Shown one piece after another: positions 56,689 through 64,000 of a stretch of DNA of 64,000 nt. The first letter of the stretch is position 1, and each line of letters opens with the position of its first letter. The stretch is from the human T2T-CHM13v2.0 reference genome, Homo sapiens, in the NCBI RefSeq assembly GCF_009914755.1, contig NC_060937.1, one strand, 5' to 3'. Under the pieces are notes generated by a model. The model made no database searches, had not been told where the DNA came from, and was given only the letters and a program-made list of their open reading frames with translations. The translations under genes were made by a program, and so were the position numbers.

Positions 56689-57713
56689 ATGAGGAAAACC
56701 CAGTGCAAAAAGGCTGAAAATTCCAAAAACCAGAATGCCTCTTCTCCAAAGGATCACAACTCCTTGCCAGCAAGGGAACAAAACTGGACAGAGAATACAT
56801 TTGATGAATTGACAGAAGTAGGCTTCAGAATGTGGGTAATAACAAATTCCTCTGAGCTAAAGGAGCATGTTCTAACCCAATGCAAGGAAGCTAAGTACCT
56901 TGATAAAAGGTTAGAGGAATTGCTAGCTAGAATAACCAGTTCAAAGAAGTACATAAATGACCTGGTGACGCTGAAAAACTTAACATGAGAACTTCATGAA
57001 GCATACAGAAGTATCAATAGCCGAATTGATCAAGCAGAAGAAAAGGCATCAGAGTTTGAAGATCAACTTAATGAAATAAAGCATGAACACAAGATTAGAG
57101 AAAAAAAGAATGAAAAGGAATGAGCAAAGCCTCCAAGAAATATGCGGCTATGTGAAAAGATCAAACCTATATTTGATTGGTATACCTGGAAGTGATGGGG
57201 AGAATGGAACCAAGTTGGAAAACACACTTCAGAATATTATGCAGGAGAACATCCCCAACCTCACAAGACAGGCCAACATTCAAATTCAGGAAATACAAAG
57301 AACACCACAAAGATACTCCTCGAGAGTAACAACACCAAGACATATAATCTTCAGATTCCCCAAGGTTGAAATGAAGGAAAAAATTGTTAAGGGCAGCCAG
57401 AAAGAAAGGTCGAGTTACCCACAAAAGGAAGCCCGCCAGACTAACAGCAGATCTCTCTGCAGAAACGCTACAAGCCAGAAGAGAGTGGGGGCCAATATTC
57501 AACATTCTTAAAGGAAAGAATTTTTAACCTAGAATTTTATATCCAGCCAAAATAATCTTGATAAGTGAAGGAGAAATAAAATTCTTTACAGAAAAGCAAA
57601 TGCTAAGGGATTTTGTCACCACCAGGCCTTCCATACAAGAGTTCCTGAAGGAAGCACTAAATATGGAAAGGAAAAACCGGTACCAGCCACTGCACAAAGA
57701 AACTAAAATATAA
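56689..57713 (+). pseudogene. L1 ORF1p (RNA-binding chaperone), disrupted
   Basis: MRKTQCKKAENSKNQNASSPKDHNS..., ...NLYLIGIPGSDGENGTKLENTLQNI...TPRHII; broken by stops and frameshifts. Confidence 0.93.
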
Positions 57714-57775
57714 AGACCACTGACACTATGAAGAAACTGCATCAACTAATCAGCAAAATAACCAGATACCATCAT

Positions 57776-60700
57776 AACACAGGATCAAATTTACGCATAA
57801 CAATATTAACCTTAGGGCTCGCTTCGGCAGCACATATACTAAAATTGGAATGATACAGAGGAGAATAGCACGGCCCCTGCACAAGGATGACACTCATACA
57901 ATATTAATCTTAAATCTAAATGGACGAAATGCTGCAATTAAAAGGCACAGTCTGGTAAATTGGATAAAGAGTCAACACCCATTGGTGTGCTGTATTCAGT
58001 AGACCCATCGCACATGCAAAGACACATATAGGCTCAAAATAAAAGGATGAAGGAAGATTTACCAAGCAAATGGAAAGAAAAAAAAAAGATAGGGTTGCAA
58101 TCCTAGCCTCTGATTAAAAAGAATTTAAACCAACAAAGATCAAAAAAGACTAAAAGGGACATTACATAATGGTAAAGGGATCAATGCAACAAGAAGAGCT
58201 AACTACCTTCAATATATATGCACCTAATACGGGAACACTGAGATTCATAAAGCAAGTTCTAAGAGACCTAGAAAGAGACTTAGACCCCCACACAATAATA
58301 GTGGGAGACTTTAACACCCCACTGTCAATATTAGGCAGATCAACGAGACAGAAAATTAACAAGGATATTGAAGACTTGAATGAAGCTCTGGACCAAATAA
58401 ACCTAACAGATTTCTATAGACCTCTTCACCCTAAATCAACAGAATATACATTCTTCTTACCACATAGCACTTACTCTAAAATCGACCACAGCATTGGAAA
58501 TAAAACACTCCTAAGCAAATTCAAAAGAAGGGAAATCATAACAAACAGTCTCTCAGACCACAGTGCAATCAAATTAGAACTCAGGATTAAGAAACCCACT
58601 CAAAACCGCAAAACTGCATGGAAACTGAACAAACTGCTCCTGAATGAATACCGGCTAAATAACAAAATTAAGGCAGAAATAAATAAGTTATTTGAAACCA
58701 AGGAGAACAAAGACATAATGTACTAGAATCTCTGGGACACAGCTAAAGCAATGTTTAGAGGGAAATTTATAGCATGAAATGCCCACAGAAGAAAGGTGGA
58801 AAGATCTAAAATCAACACCCTAACATCACGATTAAAAGAACTAGAGAAGCAAAAGCAAACAACTTCAAAGGCTAGCAGAATACAAGAACTAACTAAGATC
58901 AGAGCAGAACTGAAGGAGATAGAGACACAAAATACACTTCAAAAAATCAATGAATCCAGGACTTTGTTTTTTGAAAAGGTTAACAAAATGGACTGCTAGC
59001 CAGACTAATAAAGAAGAAAAGATAAAAGAATCAAATAGACAAAATAAAAATGATAAAGGGAGATCACTACTTAGCCCACAGAAATACAAACTACCATCAG
59101 AGAATACTATAAACACCTCTATGCAAATAAACTAGAAAATCTAGAAGAAATGGATAAATTCCTGGACACACACACCCTCCCAACACTAAACCAGGAAGAA
59201 GTAGAATCCCTGAATAGAGATATAACAAGTTCTGAAAGTGAGACAGTAATTAATAGCCTACCAACAACAAAAAAACCCAGGACCAGACGGAGTCACAGCT
59301 GAATTCTACCAGAGGTACAAAGTGGAGGTGGTACCATTCCTTCTGAAACTATTCCAAACAATAGAAAAAGAGGGATTCCTCCCTCACTCATTTTTTGAGG
59401 CCAGCATCAACCTGATACCAAAAAACTGGCAGAGACAAAACAAAAAAAGAAAATTTCAGGCCAATAACCCTGATGAACATTGATGTGAAAATCCACAATA
59501 AAATACTGGCAAACCAAATCCAGCAGCACATTACAAAACTTATCCAACACGATTTAAGTCGGCGTAATCCCTGGGATTCAAGGCTGGTTCAACATACACA
59601 TAACAATAAATGTAATCCATTGCATAAACAGGACAATGACAAAAACCATGTGATTATCTCAATAGATGCAGAAAAGGCCTTCGATAAAATTCAACACCCT
59701 TTCACGCTAAAAACGCTCAATAAATTTGGTATTGATGGAACATATCTCAAAATAATAAGAGCTATTTATGACAAACACACAGCCAATATCATACTGAATG
59801 GGCAAAAGCTGGAAGCATTCCCTTTGACACCTGCACAAGATAAGGATGCCCTCTCTCACCACTCCTATTCAACATAGTATTGGAAGTTCTGGCCAGGGCA
59901 ATCAGGAAAGAGAAAGAAATAAAGGGTATTCAAATAGGAAGAGAAGAAGGCAAATTATCTCTGATTGCAGATGACATGATGGTATATTTAGAAAACTTCA
60001 TCACCTCAGACAAAACTCCTTAAGCTGTTAAGCAACTTCAGCAGAGTCTCAGGATACAAAATCAATGTGCAAAAATCACAAGCATTCCTATACACCAATA
60101 GTAGACAAACAGAGAGCCAAATCATGAGCAAATTCCCATTCACAATTGCTTCAAAGAGAATAAAATACCTAGGAATCAAACTTACAAGGGATGTGAAGGA
60201 CCTCTTCAAGGAGAACTACAAACCACTGCTCAAGGAAATAAGAGAGGACACAAAGAAATGGAAAAACATTCCATGCTCATGGATAGGAAGAATCAATATC
60301 GTGAATATGGCCATACTGCCCAAAGTAGTTTATAGATTCAAGGCTATCCCCATCAAGCTACCATTGACTTTCTTCACAGAATTAGGAAAAAAAAAAAAAC
60401 TACTTTAAATTTCATATGGAACCAAAAAAAAAAACAATATAGCCAAGAAAATCCTAAGCAAAAAGAACAAAGCTGGAGGCATCATGCTACTTTACTTCAA
60501 ACTACATTACAAGGCTACAGTAACCAAAACAGCATGGTGCTGGTACCAAAACAGATATATAGACCAATGGAACAGAACAGAGGCTTCAGAAATAATGCCA
60601 CACATCTACAACCATCTGATCTCTGACAAGCCTGACAAAAACAAGCAATGGGGAAAGAATCCCTATTTAATCAATGCTGTTGGGAAAACAGGCTAGCCAT

Positions 60701-61698
60701 ATGCAGAAAAATGAAACTGGACCTCTTCCTTACACCTATATAAACATTAACTCAAGATGGATTAAAGACTTATACGTAAGACCTAAAACCATAAAAACCC
60801 CAGAAGAAAACCTAGGTAATATCATTCAGGGTATAGGCATGGGCAAAGACTTCATGACTAAAACACCAAAAGCCATTGCAACAAAAGCCAAAATTGACAA
60901 ATGGGATCTAATTAAACTAAAGAGCTTCTTCCCAGCAAAAGAAACTATCATCAGAGTGAACAGGCAACCTACAGAGTGGGAGAAAATTTTTGCAATCTTT
61001 CCATCTGACATAGGGCTGATATCCAGAATGTACAAGGAACTTAAACAAATTTTCAAGAAAAAAACAAAAAATCCCACCAAAAAGTTGGCAAAGGATATGA
61101 ACAGACATTTTTCAAAAAAAGACACTTATGTGGCTAACAAGCATATGAGAAAAAGCTCATCATCATTGTTCATTAGGGAAATGCAAATCAAAACCACCAT
61201 GAGTTACCATTTCATGCCAGTTAGAACGGTGATCATTAATAAGTCAGGAAACAACAGATCCTGGAGAAGATGTGGAGAAATAGGAACGCTTTTACACTGT
61301 TGGTGGGAGTCTAAATTAGTTCAACCATTGTGGAAGACAGTGTGGCAATTCCTCAAGGATCTAGAGCTAGAAATACCATTTGACCCAGCAATCCCATTAC
61401 TGGATATATACCCCAAGGATTATAAATCATTCTACTGTAAAGACACATGCACACCTGTGTTTATTGCAGCACTGTTCACAATAGCAAAGACCTGGAACCA
61501 ACCCAAATGCACATCATGATAGACTGGATAAAGAAAATGAGGCACCTATACACCATGGAATACTATGCAGCCATAAAAAAGGATGAGTTCGTGTCCTTTG
61601 TAGGGACATGGATGAAGCTGGAAACCATCATTCTTAGCAAACTAATACAGGAACAGAAAACCAAACACCGCATGTTCTCACTCGTAAGTGGGAGTTGA
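57776..61698 (+). pseudogene. L1 ORF2p (endonuclease/reverse transcriptase), disrupted
   Basis: EN motifs [22 protein letters not shown]; RT motif [16 protein letters not shown]; C-terminal [12 protein letters not shown]; start codon lost, many frameshifts, U6 insertion. Confidence 0.95.
57815..57896 (+). pseudogene. RNU6: U6 snRNA retropseudogene, nt 1-82, 3'-truncated and tailless
   Basis: gggctcgcttcggcagcacatatactaaaattggaatgatacagaggagaatagcacggcccctgcacaaggatgacactca aligns ungapped to recalled U6 nt 1-82 with 7 mismatches; flanked by acaatattaacctta / acaatattaatctta. Confidence 0.96.
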
Positions 61699-63762
61699 AC
61701 AATGAGAACACATGGACACAGGGAGGGGAACATCACAAACTGGGGCTTGTTGGGGGGTAGGGGCAAGGGGAGGGATATCATTAGGAGAAATACCTGCTGT
61801 AGATGATGGGTTGAGGGGGTGCAGCAAACCACCATGGGACATGTATACCTATGTAGCAAACCTGCACATTCTGCATGTGTATCCCAGACCTTGAAATATA
61901 ATAAAAAATAGAAAAAAAATGCAAATATTGCTCTTTGAAGTATTTTAATGCTGTCTCTGTTATTGACTTAAAATAACTGTTACAGATACCTTATTAGATT
62001 TTATATTTATTTCATTACATAGATATGAAATGTATGTGACAAAGACAGTAAATACTCTTTTTTGACATGTTGATGTTGGTTATCTACTTAGCTTAATGCA
62101 AGTGATCATTTGTGGGATAATTTAATCATTCCAGACATATTAACAGATTTACGGGATGATAATACCATCCTTAGTATTGTTTTGAAGAATATAGATTCAT
62201 TCCAAGAAATATTAATTAAAAAGGTAACAAGATGTTCTTCTAGGCAGAGATGCAGTTTCAAAGATAATTTATGTTTGTTTGCATATGAGGAGGTCATGGT
62301 CAACATATAAGCCAATAATAAAAGTAAATGTATTCCTGGTGTATACTAGGCCCTGAATGATTATTTGTTTATTTCAGGTATGAATATTTTGGTAAAATAT
62401 GCTTCTATTTTTGACAGACAATGCTACAAGATGTAGACGTTAACATTCAGCAAGCATTTTATGAAAGAGGAATATTGAAGTGAACTTTGAAGAATTAAGA
62501 AAAAGAGATTCTATTTAGAATGTAGATAATGGGCATGAAGAAAATGAGGTGTCAAGTGATGTGATTAGACTTGAAGTGATCAAAGCAGCTAGAAAACAGA
62601 GTATAGAAGATACTTTAACGTGAATGATGAATCTTCCAAAAGCAATGACAAGGAAGAGGCTGGAGTTTAAATCTTCTTGAAAGCAGAAACTGTATCTCAT
62701 TTAATGTTTTAACCTTAGTATATAGCACTGTGCCTAAGTCACATTAAGTAACATTGAGAATTCACAAACTCTGTGAAGGTACAGACCAGAAATGAAAAAA
62801 AAAATAAGAAGGAAGGAAGAAATAAGGAATACTGTGAAGTATTTGTGATATTAGGGGTCAGTATGTCATAAATGACCTTCAAAAATGAGACTGTTTGTTA
62901 GGTGAGAAGAAGCAGAAAGATTTTCAAGATTGAGAAGGAAGCTTGAAAAACACAATTATTTTTCCGTAGAAATATTTTTAAAAGATGGTATAAATGGCCT
63001 GTATTGGAGAATATCCAAAGAGACTTTCATTCGAGCGATCAAGTTTCAGTTATTGAAATGAAGTGAAATAATGTTCAACAATGGAGTTCTAAATATATTA
63101 TAGAATAATTAACTTTGTCTGTTTTCCAATTGAGCCCTCAGTCGGCAAAACTGTTAGCTACAATTATCATAGCCTAAGAGTTTGATTTGAATCCATACTC
63201 AGCAAATTGTTGGGTTATTCTTATTTCTCCCTGGCAAATCACATATTGACACACTACAATACCTTCATTAATTCTAAATTGACATTACAAACTCAGCTAA
63301 AAATTTAGCTTTTAAAAACACACTATTCATGGAGGTCTTGTATAAGTTTAGGTAATAATTTAACTCCTTCATCACGTGCTTATAAATTGTTTCCCAAATT
63401 CCATGATAACTTTAGTATCAATTCACAGGTGTGACACCATTTTTTATAAGTACAATATTCGCAAGGTAAATAAAATGTTTTGACGTTTGGGTACTTTGAC
63501 ATTTTCCACTGATATTAATGATGCTATAAAATTGTCATGCAGAATGCCATTTACCCATGGGGTAATGTTTATTAATTATAAACGTTATGTAATCTGTTTT
63601 AGATGTAAAAGGTTATGTGTTCTTTTTATTTTGCATTCTGATTAAATCTAAATCAGTACACAAACAGAACCATTATAAACTCAAATGTGAACTTTAAATA
63701 GGATTTTAACCTCAGGGATTTGCAAGCCAGAAAAAAATATAAAGGCATTGAGAAAATCAGAA

Positions 63763-63797
<35 letters not shown>

Positions 63798-63940
63798 TGT
63801 CCATATATACACTTTTGTATATATATATACACAAATATATACTATATATGTATATGTTTATATGTAAAGCTGCTGTGTTTTTCAACATTCTATATGTATA
63901 TATACGTATATATATGTGTGTGTGTGTATATATATATGTT
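63763..63940. repeat. (CA)n followed by low-complexity TA/TG repeat
   Basis: Seen directly in the sequence. Confidence 0.9.
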
Positions 63941-64000
63941 TTCCATAAGCAATAGCATTGCTGTTGTGAATTCCATGCCTCACCGTATATACTGAAGGAA

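Larger units (their letters stand above)
55352..61914 (+). mobile_element. Full-length inactive LINE-1, L1PA7-like
   Basis: 5' caagatggcccaataggaacagctc, ~1.3-kb 5'UTR, ORF1 and ORF2 remnants, 3'UTR and A tail; perfect 14-bp TSD aaaaatgcaaatat (55338-55351 / 61915-61928) at a TT/AAAA endonuclease site. Confidence 0.97.

Noticed and set aside
57815-57896. Functional U6 snRNA gene
   Set aside because: Lacks the 3' ~25 nt and the T-run terminator, upstream is L1 sequence with no recognisable PSE/TATA promoter, and the ACAGAGA box reads ACAGAGG.
60674-61519. Longest ORF (281 aa), and the other ORFs in 56689-61698, as functional genes
   Set aside because: Fragments of L1 ORF1p/ORF2p separated by stops and frameshifts; the element cannot encode intact proteins.
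61742-61774. G-rich potential G-quadruplex
   Set aside because: Standard polypurine tract of the L1 3'UTR, present in very many copies.
63720-63995. 91-aa ORF with TH and YI repeats
   Set aside because: Translation of a CA/TA microsatellite.

Overview
AT-rich, CpG-depleted primate (human-like) non-coding DNA, either intergenic or intronic. I can support no host protein-coding exon: the recognisable ORFs come from Alu, LTR or L1 sequence and the rest are short chance frames. Much of the window is interspersed repeats: about 16 Alu/FLAM copies, MaLR/ERVL/ERV1 solo LTRs, Tigger and hAT DNA transposon fossils, ancient L1M and L2 fragments, and one full-length but dead L1PA7-like element (55352-61914) with perfect 14-bp TSDs. 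The most notable structures are: (1) a 3'-truncated, tailless U6 snRNA copy with a 15-bp duplication sitting at the start of ORF2 of that L1; (2) a 31-nt Y3 RNA retro-fragment with a decayed tail and TSD; (3) a three-layer nest, MER41 > THE1 > twin-primed L1PA8, whose MER41 keeps two GAS-type motifs; (4) a diverged ~175-bp local duplication; (5) a short direct/inverted repeat scar. I see no convincing undescribed biological system. Subfamily names come from recalled consensus sequences and need RepeatMasker/Dfam confirmation.
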